This document shows positions 30,335 to 39,644 of a stretch of DNA of 64,000 nucleotides, piece by piece. The notes under the pieces were generated by a model. It searched no databases, was not told the origin of the DNA, and was given only the letters and a program-made list of their open reading frames with translations. Within the stretch, counting starts at the first letter, position 1, and each line of letters starts with the position of its first letter. The position numbers were made by a program, and so were the translations under genes. This DNA is from an uncultured delta proteobacterium. Lineage in GTDB: Bacteria; Myxococcota_A; Polyangia; Polyangiales; Polyangiaceae. The stretch lies in NCBI GenBank assembly GCA_963850305.1, contig CAWKKR010000001.1:96001-160000 (forward strand), written 5' to 3'.

Positions 30335-31648
30335 ATGAAGCAGCCTGAACGCATTGGAAAGCCGCACGGCAAGCTTGCCGTGTTTTTGCCCGGCCTCGGA
30401 GCCGTGGCCACCACATTCATCGCGGGCTGCATGCTCGCCCGGAAGAGCAAGGCGTTACCCATCGGGTCACTCACCCAGATGGGCACCATCCGGCTCGGAA
30501 AGCGCACCGATAAACAGGCCCCTAAGATCAAAGACTTCGTGCCTCTCGCGTCGCTCGACGATCTGGAATTTTGCGCCTGGGACCTCTTCGCCGACAACGC
30601 CTACGAGGCGGCGGTGAAGGCAGAGGTTCTGGAAGCGCGACATCTCGACACCATCAAATCCGAGCTCGAGAGCGTGGTGCCGAAGCCCGCGGTCTTTTAC
30701 ACGGAGTACGTCAAACGGTTGAGCGGGTCGCACGTCAAGAAGGGTGCAACCAAAGCAGACATGGTCGAAGCCCTGCGCGAAGACATTCGCACGTTCATGA
30801 AGGAGCGCGGGTGTGCTCGCGCGGTCACAGTGTGGTGCGGCTCGACTGAAATTTATCTCCAGGCGACCGCCGTGCACCAATCGATCGACGCGTTCGAGGC
30901 GGGGCTCCGTGCGAATGACGCGTCGATCTCGAGCTCGCAGATCTACGCTTGGGCGTGCATACTGGAGGGGGTTCCCTTTGCGAACGGCGCTCCGAACCTG
31001 TGTGTCGACTTTCCCGCAGCGCACGACCTAGCGAAGAAAACGAGGACGCCTATCTGCGGAAAGGACTTCAAGACCGGTCAGACTCTCATGAAAACGATCC
31101 TCGCGCCGGGTCTGAAGGCGCGGATGCTCGGGATCGACGGGTGGTTTTCTACGAACATCCTCGGCAACCGCGATGGAGAGGTGCTGGACGACCCAGATAA
31201 CTTCAAGACCAAGGAAGTCAGCAAGCTCAGCGTACTCGAGCACATCCTGCAACCGGAGACCTACCCCGATCTCTACGGCCACGTTTATCACAAGGTGACA
31301 ATCAACTATTACCCGCCCCGCGGTGACGCCAAGGAAGGGTGGGACAACGTGGATATCCGCGGCTGGCTCGGGTACCCGATGCAAATCAAGGTCGACTTCC
31401 TCTGTCGGGACTCCATCCTTGCTGCGCCCATCGTGCTGGATCTCGCGCTGTTCATGGACCTCGCGAAGCGTGCCGGGTTTCACGGGGTGCAGGAATGGCT
31501 CAGTTTCTATTTCAAGAGCCCGATGACGGCCGAGGGGCTCTACCCCGAGCATGATCTCTTCATTCAAAGCATGAAATTGAAAAACACGCTTCGCTGGATG
31601 ATGAACCACGAGCTCATCACCCACCTCGGCAACGAATATTACGACTGA
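30335..31648 (+). CDS. ino1: myo-inositol-1-phosphate synthase
   Basis: GLGAVATT, GKDFKTGQT, NILGNRDG, YYPPRGDAK, RDSILAAP, SFYFKSP. Confidence 0.93.
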   Translation: MKQPERIGKPHGKLAVFLPGLGAVATTFIAGCMLARKSKALPIGSLTQMGTIRLGKRTDKQAPKIKDFVPLASLDDLEFCAWDLFADNAYEAAVKAEVLEARHLDTIKSELESVVPKPAVFYTEYVKRLSGSHVKKGATKADMVEALREDIRTFMKERGCARAVTVWCGSTEIYLQATAVHQSIDAFEAGLRANDASISSSQIYAWACILEGVPFANGAPNLCVDFPAAHDLAKKTRTPICGKDFKTGQTLMKTILAPGLKARMLGIDGWFSTNILGNRDGEVLDDPDNFKTKEVSKLSVLEHILQPETYPDLYGHVYHKVTINYYPPRGDAKEGWDNVDIRGWLGYPMQIKVDFLCRDSILAAPIVLDLALFMDLAKRAGFHGVQEWLSFYFKSPMTAEGLYPEHDLFIQSMKLKNTLRWMMNHELITHLGNEYYD

Positions 31649-31656
31649 TCGATTCG

Positions 31657-31800
31657 AGCGCGCGGGCATCTCGGCGCTCTCGCTCCTCGCCGTACATTCG
31701 TACGGCTCCGGGGCTCACCCGCGGACCTCCCGACGCGGTCTTCGCCTTCGACAACGCGCCTCGAGCGCGGCCGTCTCGGTTCGCTCGGCGCTCCGCGTGT
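31657..31800. repeat. Structured REP-like intergenic element or terminator between convergent genes
   Basis: Perfect hairpin GCCGTAC-ATTC-GTACGGC at 31689-31706 within GC-rich partial inverted repeats. Confidence 0.35.
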
Positions 31801-31803
31801 CGA

Positions 31804-33999
31804 TCAAGCGAGGCCGGCTCTTCGGCGCGACACCCAATGGACGCCGAGGACGACGGACGCCGCGACGGCCCAGGACCAGGGGGGCATCACCGGGAAGACG
31901 TGGCGTTCCGTAGCGATCTCGGTCGAGTCTGGAACAGGAAGCGAAGCAACGTCGTCGTCGTCGACCGAACGACCTCCACTGACCTTCGCGATCCGATCGA
32001 GTCGCGCAGAATCAGGCCGCGAGTCGCTCCATGCGGGGCCTTCGCTCTCGCATGCGAAATCCTGACGCGTCGCGGGCGAAGCGCCGATGCGCACGCGTGC
32101 GGTGTAGCCTCCAGCCTCGAGCTTCGGCATCGGGATATCGAACGTCGAGCGGCTGGAAGCGGGCGGCGCGGCAAGCAGAATTCGCGTCTCTGCAGCGGAG
32201 CCCAGGGGTTCGAGCCATGCCTCTACCGACCCATCCATGCCAGGCAAGCGCGTCACTCGCAGCGCACCCGACTCCCCCGCGATGCAATCTCGCGCGAGCT
32301 CGATGCGTGCACTTTCGTATCGCGGATCGCGCATGAGCCAGCCGAGAAGACCGTCCCAGAGCGCGCCATAGGCACGCCCCGCGACTCTGGACGCAAACTC
32401 ACTGAACGCGAGTTCGTGCGTGTCGTCGACCGCCAGGGCAATCGAACGCCCATCGCCGGCGTCGCCGAGCGCCAGCACCGGCATGGGCGCGTCCCCCGCG
32501 CGGAGCCGTGGGTGATCCCAGAGCACGATGGACCCAGGGCGCGCAGGACCGAGCAGGTTCGCCCCGTGCATTACGGGAAGATCGTCACCGAGAAGCTCGC
32601 GCAGCGCGTGCATGACCGGCGCAGCGCGCCCCGCATCCGTGTACGACGGGACGAACGGAGCCGAATCGTAGTCGTCCCCGGACACGACCTGCGCCACGGG
32701 AAGCACGCCGTCGAGCGGCGTCCTCGCGTAATTGCCTCCGGCGAACGACGACGGCCCGCCGACCATGATCAGCCCTCCGCCCGCTCGTACGTAGCGGGCG
32801 AGCCGCGGAAGGTACTGATCGAGCTTGTAACGAACGGCGTCGATGTCTTGAAGAATGACCGCGTCGAAGCTCGGGAGGTGGGTCGTGAAGAGCTCATCGA
32901 CCGGAAAGTGGATCAGCGCGAGATCGCGATCGTCGGCATGGGGATCGTCCTCGCCCTTGAGTCCCTCCCGCAATATGAAGAACGCGACCACGTCGACCGC
33001 CTCGTCGCTCTTCAACCACCGCCGGAGTGCACGAACGTCGTAGGTGGGCCGACCGGCGAGATGAAGAAGCCGAACGCGATCGCGGGCGACGCTGAATGTC
33101 AGCAAGCGCGAGTCGTTCTCCGGCAAGGTGTCGCCGGAAGGCGGAGTGATCGCCACCTTCACGACGCGCGCACCGGCGCGATCGAGGGTGATCTCGAGCT
33201 CGACCCGGCCAACCCCATCCTCGATCTTCGCCTCGCCCGTCGCGAGCAACACGGGTTCGACCCCGCTCCCGAGCTCCGTCACCGTCACGGGAACGAGGCC
33301 ACACGAAAGCCCGCCCGCGCATCCAACCTCGACCGTAAGCGCGAGTGGCTGATGCGCGACCGCCGCACCCGCGGCGTGAACGGACCGGATCGAAGCATCC
33401 GCAGGCGCGCGACGCGCGACCTTGATCGCGTGGACCGGCACACCGAGATGATTGAACTCGATAGCATCGGGCCCCGGCGTCGACAGGCGACCGTCGCTGA
33501 TGACCACGACTGCCTGCGGACGCTCCGTCTCGCCCTCGCCGAGGCTGGTCATGGCGGCGCTCAGATCGCTCTCGACCGATAGCTCGGCGCTCGACGCAGG
33601 TTCATCGACGGACAGCGGCATCGCCGGACCGCGACCGAAACCAAAGATCGCCAGACGCGCATCCTTGAAGCGTCTTTCGAGCAAACGAACGGCTTCCAGC
33701 GCGCGGCTCCGCCGAGTTCCGCCGGCCTCCGGAATGAGCAACCGACGCGATTGGTCGACGAGTACGACCACGCGCGGCCCGACCCGCGTCCCTCGGACAG
33801 ACACGCGCACCGGACGGAGCACCGCCGCGGCGAACAGCAGGAGTCCCAGTGCGCCGGTCGACGCAACGAGTAGACGGCCGCGCTCGCGCGATCGAAGGTC
33901 CGCCAGCAGCAACGCGATCCAGGCGACGCCGACCACGGCCAGCACCGTGATCGCTAGGGGCCCGAGATCGTCGGAAAGCGCCCATGAGGCGCTCCTCAT
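31804..33999 (-). CDS. Membrane protein with VWA-like and class-I glutamine amidotransferase-like (DUF1355-type) domains
   Basis: N-terminal TMs, VDQSR and ISDG MIDAS-like motifs, YVRAGGGLIMVGG, C-terminal TM followed by RRRAGL. Confidence 0.75.
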   Translation of the reverse strand: MRSASWALSDDLGPLAITVLAVVGVAWIALLLADLRSRERGRLLVASTGALGLLLFAAAVLRPVRVSVRGTRVGPRVVVLVDQSRRLLIPEAGGTRRSRALEAVRLLERRFKDARLAIFGFGRGPAMPLSVDEPASSAELSVESDLSAAMTSLGEGETERPQAVVVISDGRLSTPGPDAIEFNHLGVPVHAIKVARRAPADASIRSVHAAGAAVAHQPLALTVEVGCAGGLSCGLVPVTVTELGSGVEPVLLATGEAKIEDGVGRVELEITLDRAGARVVKVAITPPSGDTLPENDSRLLTFSVARDRVRLLHLAGRPTYDVRALRRWLKSDEAVDVVAFFILREGLKGEDDPHADDRDLALIHFPVDELFTTHLPSFDAVILQDIDAVRYKLDQYLPRLARYVRAGGGLIMVGGPSSFAGGNYARTPLDGVLPVAQVVSGDDYDSAPFVPSYTDAGRAAPVMHALRELLGDDLPVMHGANLLGPARPGSIVLWDHPRLRAGDAPMPVLALGDAGDGRSIALAVDDTHELAFSEFASRVAGRAYGALWDGLLGWLMRDPRYESARIELARDCIAGESGALRVTRLPGMDGSVEAWLEPLGSAAETRILLAAPPASSRSTFDIPMPKLEAGGYTARVRIGASPATRQDFACESEGPAWSDSRPDSARLDRIAKVSGGRSVDDDDVASLPVPDSTEIATERHVFPVMPPWSWAVAASVVLGVHWVSRRRAGLA

Positions 34000-34778
34000 G
34001 GCACCCGCCCGCGGCGCTGCATCAACTCCCGCGCATGCACCTGGTCGTCCTTGTAGTCCGAACAGAGCACGTACATCGCCAGGTTCACCGCGAAACGCAC
34101 CGCGTACTCGCGTTGCTCAGCGCCGTCGGGCTCGCACGGGAATCTCCATGTCCCTTCGGGGGACCGGGCAAGCGCGCCGAGCAGGTCCTGCTCCAGAAAC
34201 AACACCTGTGCATCCCGCCCACGCACGATCGCCTCCACGTACGGGGGTCCTTGGACGCGCCCGAAGGGTCTATCGAGGAGATAATACGACTTGTAGATCA
34301 CGTGCTCTTCGGCAATGTCGGCGTCTGCATGCGCGATGAGCTTCACCAGCGGTGACTCCGGTAGCGCTCGAAGCACCTCTCGCCTCGCGGCCCTGCCGAA
34401 CACGCCGGTTTCGGGTGCGGAATCGTCGACGACGAGCAGCCCCCCGAGCTCGATGAAACGACGAAGCCCTTCGACCTCCTGGGTCGACAGGGGCGCAATA
34501 TCCGTTTCTCCAGGCCAGACCAGGAACGGTTCTGCGAGCAGTTTGGGATCGTCCGCTGCGACCTCGCCGGGTACCAGGCGCGCAGGAGCGCTCGTGCGGC
34601 GAACGAGCTCCCACGACCAGCGCCCAGGTGCCGTGTCGCGCGGTCCGGTCCACCGCGCTCCGCCAGTCGTGAGTATCCGTGGATTGAACGCGCCTTCTTG
34701 GCCAAACGCGAACGCCGGTAGGGGCGCGACCATTGCGCCGAGGGCGATGGCCAGGAGCTCGCGCCGTCGGACCCTCAA
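33996..34778 (-). CDS. DUF4159-family protein with Tat-like signal
   Basis: RRRELL signal, LRRFIELGGLLVVDD, NLAMYVLCSDYKDDQVH; TTG start overlapping the upstream TGA. Confidence 0.75.
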   Translation of the reverse strand: MRVRRRELLAIALGAMVAPLPAFAFGQEGAFNPRILTTGGARWTGPRDTAPGRWSWELVRRTSAPARLVPGEVAADDPKLLAEPFLVWPGETDIAPLSTQEVEGLRRFIELGGLLVVDDSAPETGVFGRAARREVLRALPESPLVKLIAHADADIAEEHVIYKSYYLLDRPFGRVQGPPYVEAIVRGRDAQVLFLEQDLLGALARSPEGTWRFPCEPDGAEQREYAVRFAVNLAMYVLCSDYKDDQVHARELMQRRGRVP

Positions 34779-35401
34779 TCGAAATCGTGAATGGTCCAAA
34801 CGCCGGCCTCTCTCCTCAGCGTGACTTTGTGTCCACCGGGCACGTTGACCTCGGCCGTCTCGCCGTGGACTTTGACTTCCAGTGAATCGGGGTGGTCGAG
34901 CCCGACGACGATGGACCGCATGTCCGCCTCCAGCGCGTTCCGCGTGTCGGCAGACAAGACCCGCACCAGTGCAGGGTAATCTCTCCCGGCAAGCGCGATT
35001 CGAAGCTCGCCGAGCGCATCCGCTGGGGTCCGCGCACCGGCTGGCAACCCTGACGCGGCGGAGATTCGATAGTGACCATCTTCGAGCACGAGCGTGGCGC
35101 GCTCCCCGTCCACGTAGGGCACCTCGGCGACGGCATGGACCACGGCGTGCGCGGTTTCCCTGGCCTCATGCGCAATCTCGTCGCGTGCCTCGGCGAGGAG
35201 CCGCCGCGTCCCTTCCACCCCGTAGTCGCGCCGGGTGTCTGCGGTCATGAGCGCGTTCATCGCGGCCGCATCGCCCCTTTCGGCGGCCGCGGCGAATGCG
35301 GCCACCGTCGATTTCGGGTCCGGGAGGGGCCGCGACGCGCAAGCCACGGTCGCGGAGAGAAAGGGCGCGGCCGCGAGCACGAGCATGATTCTTCGAACCA
35401 C
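34775..35401 (-). CDS. Hypothetical lipoprotein with duplicated NTF2-like modules
   Basis: TVA-C lipobox; two similar halves ending LVLEDGHYRI and LRREAGVWTI. Confidence 0.6.
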   Translation of the reverse strand: MVRRIMLVLAAAPFLSATVACASRPLPDPKSTVAAFAAAAERGDAAAMNALMTADTRRDYGVEGTRRLLAEARDEIAHEARETAHAVVHAVAEVPYVDGERATLVLEDGHYRISAASGLPAGARTPADALGELRIALAGRDYPALVRVLSADTRNALEADMRSIVVGLDHPDSLEVKVHGETAEVNVPGGHKVTLRREAGVWTIHDFD

Positions 35402-35454
35402 TCTGCCCCGAGAGCTAGCGAAAGCCGCTGCAGTTGGCTACCCTTGTCGACCGG

Positions 35455-35991
35455 ATGATTCGAAATCGGTCGGAGGCTACCGCAGAGCGCTCGAGGAACG
35501 GCCCGTGGTTTCTCGTCTGCATCTGCCTGTCCGCCGCGCTCGCGTGTGGCGGGCCGCCTCCCCGCGCACCCAACCCTACGCAGCCGGTCGATGAGCGGAG
35601 GGCCGTCGAAATCATCCTGAATGCGTTCCGCGACGAACACGATCGTGGCGTCCTGGGCCGGACCGTCCAGCTCCCCGGCGGAAAAACCCTCGACGTGGAC
35701 GTCACAGCCGCCGGCAAGAAGTATGGCGTCGCCTACGTCACCGCCAACGAGCGACGGGCCCTCGGCGTCGCGCTGCCGATGCCGGAGCCGGGAATGGAAG
35801 ACGCGCTCCATCTCGTGCGGGGCACGGGTGACGACGCGGATGCGAGGATCCTGGTGCTCCAGGACACGAACTACCTCTACGACGACCAGGTCGGCGAGGA
35901 ACATGAAGCGACGGACGTGACGGCAGAGAACAAACTGGAACGCGACGTCCGTGATTTCGTCGTCCGGGCCCACGCCGAGAAATGGCCGTAG
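35455..35991 (+). CDS. Hypothetical lipoprotein
   Basis: LSAALA-C lipobox; plausible composition; start uncertain. Confidence 0.6.
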   Translation: MIRNRSEATAERSRNGPWFLVCICLSAALACGGPPPRAPNPTQPVDERRAVEIILNAFRDEHDRGVLGRTVQLPGGKTLDVDVTAAGKKYGVAYVTANERRALGVALPMPEPGMEDALHLVRGTGDDADARILVLQDTNYLYDDQVGEEHEATDVTAENKLERDVRDFVVRAHAEKWP

Positions 35992-36014
35992 CCGCGCGCG
36001 GCGCATCGAACGCC

Positions 36015-36182
36015 ATGGCCGACGAGATCCGGCGAAGGATCGCGATCTCCGCGACCGTCACGGTCGTCGGGATTGCCCTCAGCACCGCATCGGAATCCGT
36101 CGTGGGCGGGCTCGTGACCGTTTGCGGCGTCGTCGCGCTGATCTGGAACGTGCACCGCCTGGGGCGTGCCGGTCCGGGTTGA
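36015..36182 (+). CDS. Small two-TM membrane protein
   Basis: MADEIRRRIAISATVTVVGIAL...VVALIWNVHRLGRAG. Confidence 0.5.
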   Translation: MADEIRRRIAISATVTVVGIALSTASESVVGGLVTVCGVVALIWNVHRLGRAGPG

Positions 36183-36183
36183 G

Positions 36184-37045
36184 TCACGTCTCGCTGCGCA
36201 GCACCGCGACGCCGACGTCCGCGCCGAGCAGCGGCGTTCGCTGCACGGCGACCCCGTAGTCACGCCCGGTGATGCCGAGCCGTGCCGTGAACGTGCCCGT
36301 GCCTTTCGCCTTTGGCAGGGGATCGAGCCCCGCGATCGTCGTGGCATCGACTTCCGGCGTGACGGGGGCGCCGTAAACGGCCTTCCCCACGATCATGAAC
36401 ACGTACACGAGAGGTTCGTGCGGATTCGATTCCTTCGCGAGCTCCGCTCGCACCTTGCTGCGAAGCGCGAACTCGAGGTGATAGGCGTACGACGCCCACG
36501 ACCATCCGGTCACGTAGAGACCTCGCGTCGTGCCGTCGACCCGGACTGGCGCGGCGGCGACCCATTGCCCATCCGGACGCGGCGCGCGCACGCCCGACGC
36601 TTCGGGCATCGAACCGGTCGTCTCGACGTAGTGATCCTTTGCCTCCGCAAGCGCCGGGAAGGGCCCGAACAGATTCTTGCCCGCCATCTGATCCTGTTCC
36701 TGGTCGTTTCGCAGGACGGTCCCGTTGACGTCGGCGAGAGCGAAGAACGTGCTCTTCGCGATGCGCAGGTCCTGCACCTTGCCGCGGGTCGCATCGAGTT
36801 CGTAGTGCACCACCTTCAGGTCCGAGCCCAGCCCCGGCAGCGCCTTCCATTTCGGCGCCGAGCACGTCGGCTCCCTGCGGCAAGCCAGTTCTCACCTCCT
36901 GCACATCCTCCTCGATTGTCTTCGAGAGAAACGCGACGTGCAATTCAGCCTGCTCCAGGCTGACCTTCACGCTGTCCTTGCAACCCGCCTGGCTCAAACC
37001 GGAAAGAACGATGAGCGCAACCTGCGCCGTCCAACTTCGACACAT
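36184..37045 (-). CDS. Lipoprotein with Cache/PAS-like sensor region, apparent frameshift at ~36850
   Basis: QAG-C lipobox; removing one A from GAAATG joins ORF 36260..37045 to 36184..36813; FFALADVNGTVL, WVAAAPV. Confidence 0.6.
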
Positions 37046-37206
37046 GCCCCCACATTAGTACCGTGATGGGCGTGCGGCGGACGGAAAGGAGTGAGAAAAG
37101 TCGAATGGCCGCGTTCGCTCGTTGCCGCAGGAATCGGTCAGGTGCTAACTTCGACGATTGCGGTGTACGGGATCCGGGGCGCCGGTGTGCCGCGGAGCAA
37201 GGAACT

Positions 37207-38040
37207 TTGGCAGGAACGGACGACACGCGGTCCAATCGCCTCTCGGACATCCCTCCGGGCCATCCGAACGTGAGCGTCCCGCTTCGGGCCGTCACTGAAC
37301 TGGTCGCTCCGGAAGATCTGAGCGTCGTGTTCCAGCCGATCATCCACATGGATGACGGGCGTCTTTTTGCGTACGAGGCCCTGGTCCGATGTCGGGTGCC
37401 GGCTTACGCCTATCCTCCGAACCTCTTCATCCGCGCCTCGGAGCTCGGCGTTGCAGGCGAGCTCGGACGCATGATCCGGGAAATCGCCGTTCCCTTGTCC
37501 AGCGGGAAGCCCCTGTTCCTAAACGTCCACCCGGACGAGCTCAACACCGGCTGGCTCGTGCGTCCGGACGATCCCATCTTCGCCCACGATCACGAAGTTT
37601 ACCTCGAGATCACGGAATCGGTGCCGCTCACGCATTTCGACCTGTGCCGGAGCGTGCTCCGTGAGGTCCGTGCCCGCGGCGGTGTCCACCTCGTCGTGGA
37701 CGATCTCGGTGCTGGCTACTCGAATCTGAAGCGCATCGCCGATCTCGAGCCCAAGGTGGTGAAGCTCGATCGCGAGCTCATCATCGATCTGCACTTGAGC
37801 CCGCGGCAGTGCCAGCTCGTCGCGGGAGTCGTGAAGCTGTGCGTCGATCTCGGCGCGGTCGTCGTGGCAGAAGGCATCGAGTGCGCCGACGAATATGCGG
37901 CGCTCCGGGACACCGGTACGCACTACGCGCAAGGCTTCCTGTTCGCGCGTCCGAGCTACCCCATGCCCGATATCACGTGGCCGCCGCCGTCGCCGACGGT
38001 TCCGCCGAGCGGCGTGCCGCCGACGGTCAGGTGGCCTTAG
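37207..38040 (+). CDS. Stand-alone EAL-domain c-di-GMP phosphodiesterase
   Basis: FQPI, EALVR, LNV, LEITES, DDLGAGYS, KLD, AEGIE, QGFLFARP; start uncertain. Confidence 0.9.
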   Translation: MAGTDDTRSNRLSDIPPGHPNVSVPLRAVTELVAPEDLSVVFQPIIHMDDGRLFAYEALVRCRVPAYAYPPNLFIRASELGVAGELGRMIREIAVPLSSGKPLFLNVHPDELNTGWLVRPDDPIFAHDHEVYLEITESVPLTHFDLCRSVLREVRARGGVHLVVDDLGAGYSNLKRIADLEPKVVKLDRELIIDLHLSPRQCQLVAGVVKLCVDLGAVVVAEGIECADEYAALRDTGTHYAQGFLFARPSYPMPDITWPPPSPTVPPSGVPPTVRWP

Positions 38041-38677
38041 CGCCCGTCACCACGGCTCGAACGGCCGCGGAGTGGCCGTCGACCTTCACGTTGCGCCAGA
38101 TTTTGCGGATCTTGCCGTCGGCACCCACGAAGAACGTCGACCGCTGAATGCCCATGTACTCGCGGCCATAGTTCTGCTTCTTGACCCACACGCCGTACGC
38201 GTTCGCGAGGACCTTGTCGGCGTCGGAGAGCAACGGAAAGTTCAGCCCGTACTTGCCCACGAACTTTGCGTGGCTCTCGGGCTTGTCGGGGCTCACGCCG
38301 ATGACGTTCACCCCCTGGAACTCGCCGAGCTGGTCTCTGAACGCACACGCTTCACGCGTGCAGCCCGGCGTATCGTCCTTCGGATAGAAGTAGAGCACGT
38401 ACTCGCGGCCCCGGAACGACTCCGACGACACGACCTTCCCCGTCTGATCCGGGAGAGCGAATGCCGGCGCCGCGGCACCGACGGCCAGTTCGCCCTTCGC
38501 GGTTCTGGCCGTTCCGCCCGGGCTCTTCTCGATCTTGGTTTTTGCTGGCGCGGATTTGGCGCGTGCATTCGCCTTCGGCGACGGTTTCACGACCTTGCCT
38601 TTCTTCGCGGCAGTCGGGGACTTCTTGCCGGTGGGGCTCTTCTTCTTCCCGGCACCGCTAGCTCGCTTGCTGGCCAT
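38027..38677 (-). CDS. bcp: Peroxiredoxin BCP/PrxQ with Lys/Ala-rich N-terminal extension
   Basis: YFYPKDDTPGCTREAC, GVSPD, RSTF. Confidence 0.92.
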   Translation of the reverse strand: MASKRASGAGKKKSPTGKKSPTAAKKGKVVKPSPKANARAKSAPAKTKIEKSPGGTARTAKGELAVGAAAPAFALPDQTGKVVSSESFRGREYVLYFYPKDDTPGCTREACAFRDQLGEFQGVNVIGVSPDKPESHAKFVGKYGLNFPLLSDADKVLANAYGVWVKKQNYGREYMGIQRSTFFVGADGKIRKIWRNVKVDGHSAAVRAVVTGAKAT

Positions 38678-39545
38678 CTTGCATTCCTTCCGCGCGGACG
38701 CCGAGGGTCGAGAGAAACGACCTCCACAGTCCGCGCACGCTAGTGAATCGCCGATCGCGATCGACGGCAAGGGCCTGTCCGAGCCACCCGTCGATCGACG
38801 GCGGTAACTCGGCGCGCAGCGCGTGAAGGCTCGGTCGCTCGCCGGCCTTTGCCGCGTGCATCTTCTCCTTCAGCGTGGTCACCGGAAACGGAACCTGTCC
38901 CGCCAGAGCTCGATAGATGATCGCGGCCATCGAGTACACGTCCACCCGGAGATCGAGCGAGCGAGGGTTCCCCTCCCACACCTCCGGCGCGATGTAGCTC
39001 GGCGAGCCGATGACGAAGCCGTCGCGAGTGATGGGCGGGGTCGATGCCGACCTCGCGAGCCCGAAATCGAGCAGCCGGACCCCGCCGGGTCCGCCACGTC
39101 CGAGCACGAACAGATTCCCAGGCTTGAGATCGCGATGCACGATCCCGAGGTGGTGAGCCCGCTCGAGCGTGTTCACGATCGGGTCGACGATCTCGACGAG
39201 CGTCGGTACTTCCAGGCGCCGCCCCTGCGTCTCGAGATCCTCCAGGTACTCGTCGAAATCCTGCCCGTGAAGGTATTCCATCACGAGGCACAGCGCGCCG
39301 TCTTCGCGACACAGCTCGAACACCCGAGGCGCCGCGGTCCCCGAAAGTGCAACCAGAGAGTCGTACTCGCGCTCTAGACGCACCTCCAGTTCTCGTCGGT
39401 ACGGTACTCCGTCATGCAGGACCTTCACCGCGAACTCCCCTTCCCCCGCCCGCTCCACCGCTCGGTAGATGAGGCTGTGTCCTCCGCGACCGATGACTCC
39501 CATCAGTCGGTACCGCCCCGCCAGGACTCGGCCGACGAACGACAA
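38658..39545 (-). CDS. Hanks-type Ser/Thr protein kinase (catalytic domain only)
   Basis: GRGG, AVK, HRDLKPGN, DFG, GSPSYIAPE, DVYS. Confidence 0.92.
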   Translation of the reverse strand: MSFVGRVLAGRYRLMGVIGRGGHSLIYRAVERAGEGEFAVKVLHDGVPYRRELEVRLEREYDSLVALSGTAAPRVFELCREDGALCLVMEYLHGQDFDEYLEDLETQGRRLEVPTLVEIVDPIVNTLERAHHLGIVHRDLKPGNLFVLGRGGPGGVRLLDFGLARSASTPPITRDGFVIGSPSYIAPEVWEGNPRSLDLRVDVYSMAAIIYRALAGQVPFPVTTLKEKMHAAKAGERPSLHALRAELPPSIDGWLGQALAVDRDRRFTSVRGLWRSFLSTLGVRAEGMQDGQQAS

Positions 39546-39644
39546 AGTTCCCGTTCACTACCATTCTTCCGCGCGGACCGCTTGACGGTCGGCGACCGGT
39601 TCCCTAGTCCATCGGTCGACCGCTGGGTTCGCGAAAGGAGGGCC

